Positions 1 through 10,423 of a DNA stretch of 62,173 nucleotides are shown in pieces (the first letter of the stretch is position 1; each line of letters begins with the position of its first letter). The translations under genes were made by a program, and so were the position numbers. Under the pieces are notes generated by a model. It was not told the DNA's origin and did not search any database. It was given only the letters and a program-made list of their open reading frames with translations. The stretch spans positions 1 to 62,173 of the forward strand of contig MEDX01000008.1 of NCBI GenBank assembly GCA_001724245.1, given 5' to 3'. This stretch comes from Fonticula-like sp. SCN 57-25 (lineage: Eukaryota).

Positions 1-250
1 ATTGATATTCCAGGTACAGCGGGAACTGTGTACATAGGGAAAGAAAAGTGCACAAAAAGAATTCCAAGGGAGACAGAGAGGTTTCTTACCAAGCGAATTT
101 GGTGCTTGAAAAGAGAAGAAAAGGATAAATTGGGCCCCCGTTGAGAGGTAAATTACGACGACGAATTGCTCGCCGAAATATCGCGCTCTTCACAACAAGC
201 CCAATAGTGTCTAGAAGGAAACAAAAGCGAGCAAGAAATATGGCCGCTTT

Positions 251-582
251 TCAGTGGTGAATTCGGTTCCAGCCCGTCCGGGTCGGCTGGATTAGCGGGT
301 TGGCCTGGGCCATGTAGGTGATCGCCCACCTATAAAACAAACAGGTCAATGGCAAGGAAGGCGAGTAAAGATGGCACGCACAGTGCGTATAGGCAGACTG
401 CTGTAGTGATGATAATGGTGTGGAGAAGCCTAGAAAATGGAGCATGAATTAGAGGAGCCGTTTCGAGTGAAAGAGCCGGCTACGCACTCCTTTTCGGGAT
501 TGCGCATCACAAGAAGGCAAAGGCCCGCAGTGATGACAGCGACGACAATGAGCACCCAGACAACAGCAATAGCGCTCGCCAT
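251..582 (-). CDS. VMA9: V-type ATPase V0 subunit e (3 exons)
   Basis: Manual splicing gives MASAIAVVWVLIVVAVITAGLCLLVMRNPEK-LLHTIIITTAVCLYAL-WAITYMAQANPLIQP: two TM helices plus the WAITY.AQ..PLI.P motif of subunit e. Confidence 0.88.
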
Positions 583-720
583 GGTTTCAATACGTTATGC
601 AGAGCACAAACTGTGTAAAGCAGGTCAGCAACGGCGTCGATCAGCACGAGGCGACTCGAACGCAGATCACGCACCTTGGCTAGCACAAGCGGAAGGCAAA
701 GACCAGAACCAGTTACGGTT

Positions 721-740
721 GTGACGTCACCGATGACGTT
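721..740. promoter_or_regulatory. CRE/ATF-like palindrome GTGACGTCAC plus adjacent half-site in the VMA9/NDUFB8 divergent promoter
   Basis: Perfect palindrome at 721-730 and GATGACGT just downstream, between divergent ATGs at 582 and 828. Confidence 0.5.
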
Positions 741-827
741 GCGACCGATCGCGATTCTTACCAGCTCAATCCTTTTCCGGCATCCTCACGTTTGATCTGT
801 TCGGTTCACAACGAGGGCTGAGGAAAA

Positions 828-1365
828 ATGCAGCGGTCGTTGATGCGCGCCGGTGGCCTTCTCCGCTCGTCGGCCCGGGCTAACAATACCGTGCGCCGTA
901 ACTTGAACGCCGGTGACCGCCAGATTGGCGATTATCCGAACCTTCCGTGGGAGTCGGCGCAGAAGCGCGACCCTTTCAAGTACACGGACAAGCAGGACCG
1001 CCGCAACTACAACCAGACGGTACGCGCGAGCCTCGCTGCCGTCGTCTAGGATTGACCAACACTTTCTTTTCTTTTAGCTTCACGAGCAGGACGAAGTGCT
1101 TGGTGTTTGGGTGTACGACTATGACAACTACATCACGAAAGAGCGTGCCCTCGCCCTCTTGACAGGGATGTTTGCCGGCCTCGCTGGTCTCGGCTACCTG
1201 GCCAAGCAGTTCAACTCGCCCGCTCGCAACCCCGCCGTGCGCTCGTTTAATTTTTTTTATTGCGTATACTTACAGGCGTTGCTCGATTTACAGGGCCCCC
1301 GCGAATTCCCTTTCAATAATCTCGAGGAGGCTCGTGGCGGTTACCCTCTGCCCACGAAGGAGTAA
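828..1365 (+). CDS. NDUFB8: Complex I subunit NDUFB8 (ASHI), 3 exons
   Basis: Arg-rich presequence, GDYPNLP..SAQKRDP..YTDKQDRRNYNQT-LHEQDEVLG, one TM helix, C-terminal PREFPFNNLEEARGG. Confidence 0.85.
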
Positions 1366-1493
1366 TCGTTTTCGCCCTTTTTTCTTTCATTAAACTTTCC
1401 CCGCTATGCCGGTTCTTATGTGTATTGAACGAATGAATTTTCACTGTAAACGCAGTAGCTTTTCTTTTTCCTTCTTTGTTATATGTGACATAT

Positions 1494-4400
1494 TTACATG
1501 TTCATTGAGGCCGAGCGCGACAACCCGGCGCTTGGAAGCCCGCTTGTACTAGGGATCGTCCAGTTGTGCGCCCGACCGTACTCGTAGATTTCCTCCAGCT
1601 TGCTCTGGAAGGTCCCCTGCTCGATGAGCTCCTGGTACCGCCGGTACACCGCGAGTGCCGTGCGGGAATCCTCGATACTGTCGTGCGTCTCTGCTTGGAT
1701 GTCCTCGCGGAGCAGATACCAAGCGAGGAAGCGCAGGCCAATTTTCCTGTATGCCCACACGTTAGCAAACACACCCAAAGCGCGCATGCCGCTACGCACC
1801 TGTGGCGGGACATGCGGAACAGATCCACCGTGTCGATAACTTGCCTCCTCGGCACGCGGATATCTGCACACGTTATCAGCAAAGAGGCCCATGCCGCGCG
1901 ACCGTGTCGTACTGATAATGCGAAAGTCCTGCTGCAAGCCGTGTCCGATAAACACGCAGCCCGCATCCACGAGGGCACGAAGCTTGTAGTAGCCGAGCTT
2001 GAGGTTGGTGACGTGGTGGCGCGACACGGCCGGGTCGAGGTCGCCCGGCTCGATGCCCGAAAACTTGGTCAAGTAGTCGAGCACGGGCTCGGTGTTGGCG
2101 ATGTAGTCGTCGATGAAGGCGAGGCCCTCCTTGGGCCCGTTGCCGCGCACCACCGAGACGCGCGCCAGGCACGAGCGGCTCGGCTTGATAAGCGACCGCG
2201 TGCCGTCTGACCGGATCTCCGACTCCTCCTCGCGAACAGACACAAACTCGGCGTCCAGCGCGCAGAGGTAGTTCTTGCCGAGAGGCAGCTCGGACGGGTC
2301 CAAAAAGTCGGCGTGCTTGTGGCACTTGTTGGCGGGGACGAGCGTCTTGTCGCGGAGCAGGAACCGCTCGTCCACGATGAAGGGAAGCTTGGAGTAGTCC
2401 ACAAGCGTGTCGAGGTCCTCGCGGACATACGTGGCGACAGCGGGTACCTTCCAGCTGGCGGCAGAGTACACCTTCTGCTCCTGAACGGGCGTCACCAAAA
2501 AGTCGTTAAACAGGTACCACTGGTTGCGGTCCGCCTCCGCCGTCCCGCAGCGCAGGTGGTACTCGAGGGGAACTAACACAGATACGCGTCAGCAGCGCTA
2601 CAATGTGAACGGGGGGCGCACCGTGGATGTGGGCAATCAAATGGTGGTTGTCGCGGTTGTTGGCGACCTGGAACACGTTGGACTGCAAGCACGCCGGGTC
2701 AGTGAAACAGCGAGCAGGCAAAAGGCGGGAGGCGCACGGCAAGGCTAAACTTGATCGGCGGAGAAGTGCAATTCTCAGGGGGTGAGGCAGGGTTGACAAT
2801 CTGCGCCCCGTCCACCTCGTAAATCGTGAGCCTGGCGAGCCACATCACGTTAGCATCTCTCAGAGGCATAAAGAGAGAAAGTGCGTACGAATCAGGCAGG
2901 AACGGCTGCGCCTTTTCGTTCTGCTCCTGCTCGTAGGCCGCGTTCTCGCGGATGTTGCCGCAGTTCACGACCATCACCTTGGGGAGCGAGAGCGCGCTCC
3001 TCGTCTGCACCGTGTGCTGGTAGTGATTGCACTTTGAGCACCACGCCTTGGTCAGCGTCGTCCGGTTGAGGCCGAGCTCGAGAAGCCCGGTGAACGAGCG
3101 GCGAGGGCTGGACGAGGTCGTCGTGTCCGTGTTTGTCGGCAGGTCAACAACGAGAGGGCTGGTCTCGCGGCGCGACTCGGTGCCGCACACCTGGCACTTG
3201 TCCGTCACCGACACGGACGTTGCAAAGAGCTCTGAAAAGGGCTTCGACGGCAGCGGCTGCGGGAAGAGGAAGGAGCCGGCCGACTCGCTCTCATCGTCGG
3301 TCGAGCCCTGCGTCTCGAGGTGCAGCTCGTCCAAAAGAAATCTCAAAAAGGACTGGATAAGCATGTTGTAGTTGTACGTGGCCTGCGGCGACACGTCATC
3401 CGATTCGAGCAACCCCAGCGCCCCGGCTTGTGGAAACTGCGAGAACGCGCGCAAAAAGTTGCTGGCGTGGCAGTTGTGTCCGCTCGAATCGTCGAGCATG
3501 CGGAAGAGGAAGCCGAGCTCGCACGCCAGACAGTACTCGCGCGTATGGACAATCGACATGTGCGCAATAAGGATGCGTCGCACAGGCGGCAGGTAGTACA
3601 GCATCTGAAGAATGGAATTGCAATACGCGTTGGTAATGTGCGTCTCCAGACCGCCCAGCTGCGTTTGGTTGTAGAACCTATGCCAGCGTAAGTTCCCCGT
3701 TCACACACGCGCAGTGCACATACCCGAAATCAAAGTCCTCCACGCCCAGCTTGCTGTACATAATCTCGACGCGGCGGTAGTGCTTGGGGACGGTCTGCTT
3801 TGCCGGGGTCGCCGTGAGGGCCGACTCTTGCAGCTCGGACGACGGCTCCGAGGTGCCGTCGCGCTCCTGCTGCGAGCGGAACTTTGGACGCTCGGCATCG
3901 GCCGCGGCGGACGCCTTCTTGGTCACCTGGTTGGGCTTGAGCTTTAGAATGTTTGGCGCGTAGCCAACAAAGTCCATCTTCTTGGCCGCCTGAAGGATCT
4001 CGGGCTCCACCTGGACGGGCTTTTCGCCCACCGCAAACACCATGTTCTGCGGCCACGCCGAAAGCAGCAGCTCGGTGTAGTGTGGGGTACCGATGATGTT
4101 GAGCGGCGTCGAGTCGTCCATCGGGATCGCGGGCATGAGCGGAGGCGAGGGGAGCGGCGGCGGGTCGTCGCCATACTGCGTGGCGCGCGCCTCGTCATTG
4201 TTGGTCCACTGGTGTACATAGCCGTGCGCATCGGTGAAAAGCATCATTTCGCCCGACGGCGACACGTCCATCGACGTGATGAACCCGCCCTGCGACTCGA
4301 CCTGGTAGAGGGTGAGCGGCGGCACAGACTTCGTCACATCAAAGAGCTGCATGGTGCCCATCTGGGAGGCGACGACGAGCGTAGAGGTAAAGCGCGGGTG

Positions 4401-5151
4401 GAACTTTAGGAGGAAAGGCCCGGCGGGGAACTGCGCGGGGGCGAGCGGGCGGAACATGCGCATGTCGTACATCTTGACATAGGGGTCGGGGATGTACGCA
4501 TTGCCGCGCTGCGAGTAGCCGCACGTAGCAAGGTAGTAGCCCGTCACGTCAATGTCGGAAAGGCCCGCTGTGTGGGCCGTCAAGCGGTGCTCGATATCAA
4601 AGGAGCGCGGGTCACGGAACAGGACCTCGCCCGACGGCGCTCCGCAGACGACCAGCCGCGAGCGGCGCAGGACAGCAGTGTGCGATTCCGTTTCAATCTC
4701 CTTGATGACCTTTCCGCGCTCCGTATCGACAATGAGCATCTTATTCTGCAGACCGGCAAGAAGGTACTTGTTCTGGCCAGAGTCGATCGCGCACTGCAGC
4801 TGCTCCATGGCGGGCGTCGTCAGGCGCAGCCGCGGAACGCCGTTGCGCGTCGTGAGGCCGACGCCTCCTTCGGCGACGGTAAACACGCCCGCGGGATCTG
4901 GAACAATTTGGCGAATAGACGTCATGTGGGCTCTGAAAGACGTGTATCGCGAGCACGATGCGGCCGTATAGGAAGTCACATTACCCTAGACCGGCACGTT
5001 AGCGGTGACGAGCTCAATCTGTACGCTAATCAAGCCATACCTGCTCATTTCCGGTCCAGAACACTTCTGTCCGCAAGTCGAACGATGAAGCTGTCATTGG
5101 AAATGCATTGTCTAGGTCGCTGACCGCAGCCCACTCCATCCAGTCATCCAT
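1494..5151 (-). CDS. PAN2: PAN2 poly(A) deadenylase catalytic subunit (WD40 + pseudo-UCH + DEDDh exonuclease), multi-exon
   Basis: WD40 region (AHTAGLSDIDV, DPYVKMYDMR), YSKLGVEDFDF, CLACELGFLFRML, ALDAEFVS, IGHGLQQDFRII, THDSIEDSRTAL. Confidence 0.96.
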
Positions 5152-5481
5152 GACGGCGGCTCAACGACGCAGGACCACTGCACCGAACGTAACTGACACA
5201 CAATGCAAACTGGAGCTCAGTTTGCAATCCATCGATGCAAACTGCCAACATCGCTTAGGAAGTGGCGCTGCGCCTTTGTTGTGTGGGATTACTTTTCCCA
5301 ATATATTTCAGCAGTCAACTTTCGGAACATGCTACATTGCCTGGCTAGGATACAACAACAACAATGGCTACAATGCTTTGGTACTAGCCTGTACGCAAAT
5401 CAAAATATTTCGCACACACATATCGAAGCATCATAGTACTATGATAAAAATGAATTATGTATGCGTCTAGCGGTAGTATTT

Positions 5482-6413
5482 TCACCGACGGGGCGGCGGC
5501 GCTTGACCAGCGGTCACTTCCGATGCGAGCCGAATCGGAGGCGGCGGCGATGAAATCAGCGGCAGCACGTACTACGACAGCAAAAGTGAGAGCCCATACT
5601 GTGAGCCACGAAACGCACCTTGGCGGCCGGGGCAGACAAGAACGCGGGAAAGCGCCACCTTTGTAGTGACCCCACGGAGCGGTAGATGAGCCCTGCGGCG
5701 ATGCCCGACATGGCGGGCACGACGGCGAGGAAGCCGTCTTTTCCTGCCAGCACACACTGCAAGGCAAACAAGTAAAGTACGCTTTTGTACGAAACGCGCA
5801 GGCCAAACATGTTGAGCGTGGACGTGATAGGAACGTCCTGTGCATACTGCAGCAGCATGGCAAACACAAGCCCGTACCTATTCACATAAAGTTAGCGCCG
5901 ACAAATCATGGGGTGATCAGCGTACGGGCCGGGCGACAGGCGCATCGTGGGATTCCACAGCGCAAGGACACCAAATTGAATGAGAGTAGAAAGGGAAAAT
6001 GTAATAAATACATACGCCTACCCGACGCGCGCAATGTTAGACCTCAATCTGTCACAGGGACACGGGCGCACCGCAAACTTTCCGGTTCCAAACCTCCGCT
6101 CAATTAGGCGAAGCTGGTAAAGAAGAATTGCACCGAAAAACGCCTCTGCTGACGTCTGAAAGTAAAAGTGGTGCGTAATTAGCCGCCATATCTGGCCTTC
6201 AGGGATAATCTGCGGCTGCAGCACTAGGTGGAATAGGTGGCCTCGCTCGAGGAGGTGAACGACAAGGGACGAGAGTGCAACTCCAAAGAAGATGCCTCGC
6301 AAAATGGGCGCCTTATCTACAATAACAAAGTCAGATAACTGCACGCCATACACCCACGCGAGCAAAGCGCTCTAGCCACTCTGCGTACAGAAGCCCGTCG
6401 GTCCGGCCTCCAT
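5482..6413 (-). CDS. Rhomboid-like pseudoprotease of the UBAC2/Dsc2 family
   Basis: GFYKAPI, QIWRLITHHFYF, LLYQLRLIERRFGT.KFA, GPYGLVFAML; several TM helices; no UBA domain found. Confidence 0.8.
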
Positions 6414-6477
6414 CTTGGCCCGGCAACAACACACGTAGCAATCGGTGATCGGTCAGCCGCAATGCGCAGTCAGCATT

Positions 6478-6785
6478 ATGTCGACCGCGACATCATGGCT
6501 TAGCAGCAAGCGGCTTGTGCCGCTGGCGGCCGTAATTGTTCCCGTGGGTTTCTTTGCCGGCTTAATGGGGCGAATTGTACGGGACGCCTATAGAGAGGAC
6601 GAGCTGCATTACGAGAAGGAGGCGGCGCGAGAGAAGATGTGGACGTGCGTAAATTCTCTTTCGCTTAGGCGCATGCTAACGATGGCTGCAGTGTGGACGC
6701 CGACCAGAGCGACGAAAGCAAGGGCGGGCTGCAGGACAGTTTGGGCGGTTCTGAGCTGCTCACAAAATCATCGGGATCGCATTGA
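6478..6785 (+). CDS. Small single-pass membrane protein of unknown function (2 exons)
   Basis: MSTATSWLSSKRLVPLAAVIVPVGFFAGLMGR then charged helix; GTGCGT...GCTAAC...CAG intron restores a frame to TGA at 6783-6785. Confidence 0.55.
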
Positions 6786-6867
6786 TTCTTGTCTCACTAA
6801 AGTGTATATTGGTTCATTTCGCGACAGAATGTAAAGTACATGAAATAGACTACGTCATACTCGTTCC

Positions 6868-7669
6868 TCACAATTTGGCATTTGCCGAAGTGTTCGCGCG
6901 CGCCTTGCGCATGTTATCCACCGCCGTGTTGTACTCGCCAAACACGCGCTTCCAGTCCGGATCCCTCATCTGGCGCTCGTACATGGCGGCCAACTTTGGG
7001 CTGATGCAAAAGAGGTGAATAGACGAAACGCTACAGAAGGAAGCGGCGTACCGGTTAGCAAGCAGGTCGAGCGAGTGGCGCGCGCGCAGAGGCTCCAGTC
7101 CGGTCATGAGCGACACGACGAGCGCAATGTCTAGAGAAAGACACGGTTGAGAGGATCGATCGAATTGTAAGGGCTCGCACCTGCCAAGGACTGGTCGTTG
7201 CCCGCCGTGAACGGACCAACAAAGCCAGCCTCAATGGCGTCCAGCACACGGTTAACGCCGTTCAGCAGAGGGGAGCCTTGCAGAGCACCGACCTTTGCGC
7301 GGATGAGGTCGTATAGCTGCATCTGAAGGTAAAGGTCGTTCATGCGGACCACCGAGCGGGCGTGCGCGCGGCGGAACGGGTCGGCCGGTAGCAAGCGCCG
7401 CATGACAGGCGACGTAAAGGCGTCCTGGAAAAATTCGTTGATCGCCTCGCTTTCATTGATGACGCTGGTACACTGTGTGAGCGCTATTGTGATGTTGACT
7501 GGCGGGGGACGCACTAGTCCTCAACGTGGAGAGCAGGCACCTTGGACATTGGCGAGAGCGCCTTAAAGTCGCGCGGGGGCGCCTCAATGGTGACGGGAAG
7601 AGCCCGCGAGTAGATGACGTAGCGCACACGCGCGCAGAAAGGCGACAGATCGTTGTTGTAGAGCTTCAT
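6868..7669 (-). CDS. Glutathione S-transferase family protein with C-terminal AKL (3 exons)
   Basis: MKLYNNDLSPFCARVR, SPMSKVPAL, INESEAINEF, LLPADPFRRAHAR, QSLA-D capping motif; ends SANAKL*. Confidence 0.85.
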
Positions 7670-7951
7670 GGCGATGAAGGATGATCGCGCAAGTCGCGTC
7701 AGCAGGAACAAACAACCGACCAAACGTGGCTGGCTGGCCGGTTTTGGGCGCTCCGCTTCAAATTTTTGTTACCAAAAACATTGAATGGTAACCAGGCAAA
7801 AGACGGGCAAGGCAAGCCGACAGGCTGTGAGGGCGGTAAGGGGTTCGATGCTCTTTCGCATGCTGTGTATTATGAAGCGCATACAAAGATGAGGTGAAAC
7901 AAGAAAGACGCATTTTTCAATAGGAAAGCAATAATACAACCGGTATTGTGT

Positions 7952-8451
7952 TTATGACCGGCTCTCAGCGGCCATAATGAGTGTGATGTTCTCACCGCGC
8001 AGCATGATGCGGCCTAGCACCGAAAGGTAAGATCAGGCAACGACAAGGTGATGATGCATACCAATAGAATTCCGCTGCTCCTTCTTTGTGTAAATCTCCA
8101 CCGCCTCGTCAAGAACAACGTTCATGTACTCGTCAAAGCCCTGATATGAAGGCGATTAGAACGATGCGCATAATAGATAAGGGTGAGCGTACCATGATGA
8201 TGCCCTCGATGCGCATATCAAGCTGCTCGAAAAGCCAAATCTGCACGCGCGTTTTCTATAGAAACGTTAGTAAGAGACTATTACGTACAGTCCCATGCGA
8301 GCTTGAAGGTGTACCTGTTGGAAAAGGCGGAAAATAAAGTTCTGCAGGGCAAAACGAGTGTCAGCAGTGGTTCGTCGGGATCGCTAACTGGGGAGCAAAG
8401 ATGGGGACGTACGATCGGCTGGATCATCTGCTTTGACACTCTGCTCGACAT
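7952..8451 (-). CDS. SNRPE: Small nuclear ribonucleoprotein E (SmE), 5 exons
   Basis: [60 protein letters not shown] (Sm1/Sm2 motifs). Confidence 0.95.
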
Positions 8452-8616
8452 TCTCAATAAATTCCTATCGCTTTAGCGATTTCTTCAGACGGGAAGAGGG
8501 AGAGGAACACTGCAAGCGTTTCGTGGGTCAGACTACACCGAGGAAAAGTCGCGCGCTGCCGCACCTCGAGGAAAACGTATCAATCGAGAAAAGAAAATTT
8601 GTAAATCTGGTATTAT

Positions 8617-8652
8617 CCAATCAGGGCGCATCTGGAATGGTGACTGGCCAAT
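8617..8652 (+). promoter_or_regulatory. Pair of CCAAT boxes 31 bp apart in the SmE/JMJD4 divergent promoter
   Basis: CCAAT at 8617-8621 and 8648-8652. Confidence 0.5.
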
Positions 8653-8849
8653 GGGCGAACAGGCGTCGCTGTGGATGTGATCTGCGCCCTGAAGCAACGG
8701 AACGCGAGAAGGTCATATTACGGCAGATCACTGTCTCTCAGCGTATTGCCATTAGCACAACGATAGTGAAAGTGATCGCTCTGCGGTTCCCGTCACCACC
8801 AATACTGATTGCCGTCGACACTTGTTCACTCATATCCACGTGGACACGA

Positions 8850-10137
8850 ATGGCGGAGAGGGTCAGCGGCGCCGGCCTCGCCGAGGATGGCTTGGCGTGG
8901 GCGCTGTGGGGAAACATACCCGTCGTAATAGACGCTGCATGTACAGAGACGTGGCCGAGTAGGATGGAATGGGTAGACGCCGACGGAAAACCGCGGCTTG
9001 ACGTTCTGGACGAGCTGTTCGGTGACGCCAGCGTCGATGTGGCCGTGTGCACGGAGCGGGCCTACTCTGACCAGCCACGAATCCCAATGAAGATGAGAGA
9101 GTATACGCAATATCTACGCAAAGCTATTATATATGGGACGGATGAATTGTTATATCTCAAGGTACGCCTGTGAACATTCCGTCAGCGTAGCTCAGCAAAG
9201 TAGGATTGGCACTTTGCGCGGGACTATCCTAACTATACGGCCTACTCGGTTCCGCCGCCATTTCGAAACGATTGGCTCAATTCATACTGGGACACGGAGG
9301 AAGGTGGCCGAGATGACTATCGATTTTGCTACATTGGCGCAGATGGTACTGGGCGATGACTTGTCGCACGATCAACTGATTTGCGTCTGTAGGGACATGG
9401 ACCCCCCTGCACGCCGACGTATTCTGGTTCGTCGCATCTCTAGACCCGCTTTTCACTAATACCTTGACAGCTCGTATAGCTGGTCTGCCAATATATGCGG
9501 TGTGAAGGAGTGGACGCTCTTTCCGCCGAGTGAGGCTGGCAAGTTATTTGATGCGCACGGCAACCTCCCCTTTGACATTCGCTCTGTGGACGACAAACAA
9601 TTCCCGCTCTTTCAGTCGGCACAGCGCGTGGTGCTTATACAGCATCCGGGCGAGTGTGTTTTCGTCCCCAGCGGTTGGTTCCATCAGGTTCACAACAAGG
9701 TGCGCCGGGGAATTGCTTAGTCGTTCACTAAAGTATCAAAGGGCTGCGTGATCTCTATCAACCACAACTGGGGCAATGAGGCCAACGTGTATGCCATGTG
9801 GCGTCGGCTACACGACGACTTTCGGCGGGTGCAGCACGAGCTCGACGACTGCAAAGGGCTGGACGACTGGCCCGCGCAGTGCCAGATGCTGCTCCGGGCG
9901 CACAGCGGCATGAATTTTGAAGATTTTCGCAAGTATTTGAAGCATGGCTGCGACCGCCGTGGGATATCATTATCTAGGGAAGGCCAAGGTACACCGCGAG
10001 AGGACCTCGTCGCGGCGATCTCGGACGCGGCTTCGGCGTCCGAGAGGGCGCACGCCTGCAACAACGCCGCGCAGGAGCAAATTTCGCTCGTCCTCGGCGA
10101 GCTCATGGATTGTGAAAGCGAAGCTTATAAACCATGA
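8850..10137 (+). CDS. JMJD4: JmjC 2-oxoglutarate/Fe oxygenase JMJD4
   Basis: LYLKDWHF, DWLN, DDYRFCYIG, WTPLHADV, SYSWSANICGVKEW, FVPSGWFHQVHN, ISINHNW. Confidence 0.93.
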
Positions 10138-10423
10138 ATGTACCACTATTAGAGCAAATAAAGAAGCACTTGAGCCAGCTGTACGTATGTTTTTACGCGG
10201 TATACTAGTAAGTAGCCTTTGCAAGATATCGAGTCTAGGCTCCAAGATTCATATGATGACGTAATCATGTGGTCGGTTGCGCCCATGTGATCGGGGTTAT
10301 TCTGGGGATATTGGCAAGGCCGCGACCCCTGCTGCCGTGCAAGCCGTCCCAACTGACTTGAATTTCACGCTTACCCAACGTGCTTGCACTCTCGCGTTGC
10401 CCGCTGTCGATCGAGCAGAAGCC

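Noticed and set aside
2699-3680. Catalytically dead UCH domain in PAN2
   Set aside because: Known general property of PAN2.
7838-7856. tRNA T-arm/B-box-like AGGGGTTCGATGCTCTT
   Set aside because: No matching acceptor, D or anticodon stems upstream.
10253-10356. Possible C/D snoRNA (ATGATGA ... CTGA)
   Set aside because: No recognisable rRNA/snRNA guide and only a weak terminal stem; it overlaps a CRE-like ATGACGTAA in the ACSL promoter, which is the simpler explanation.
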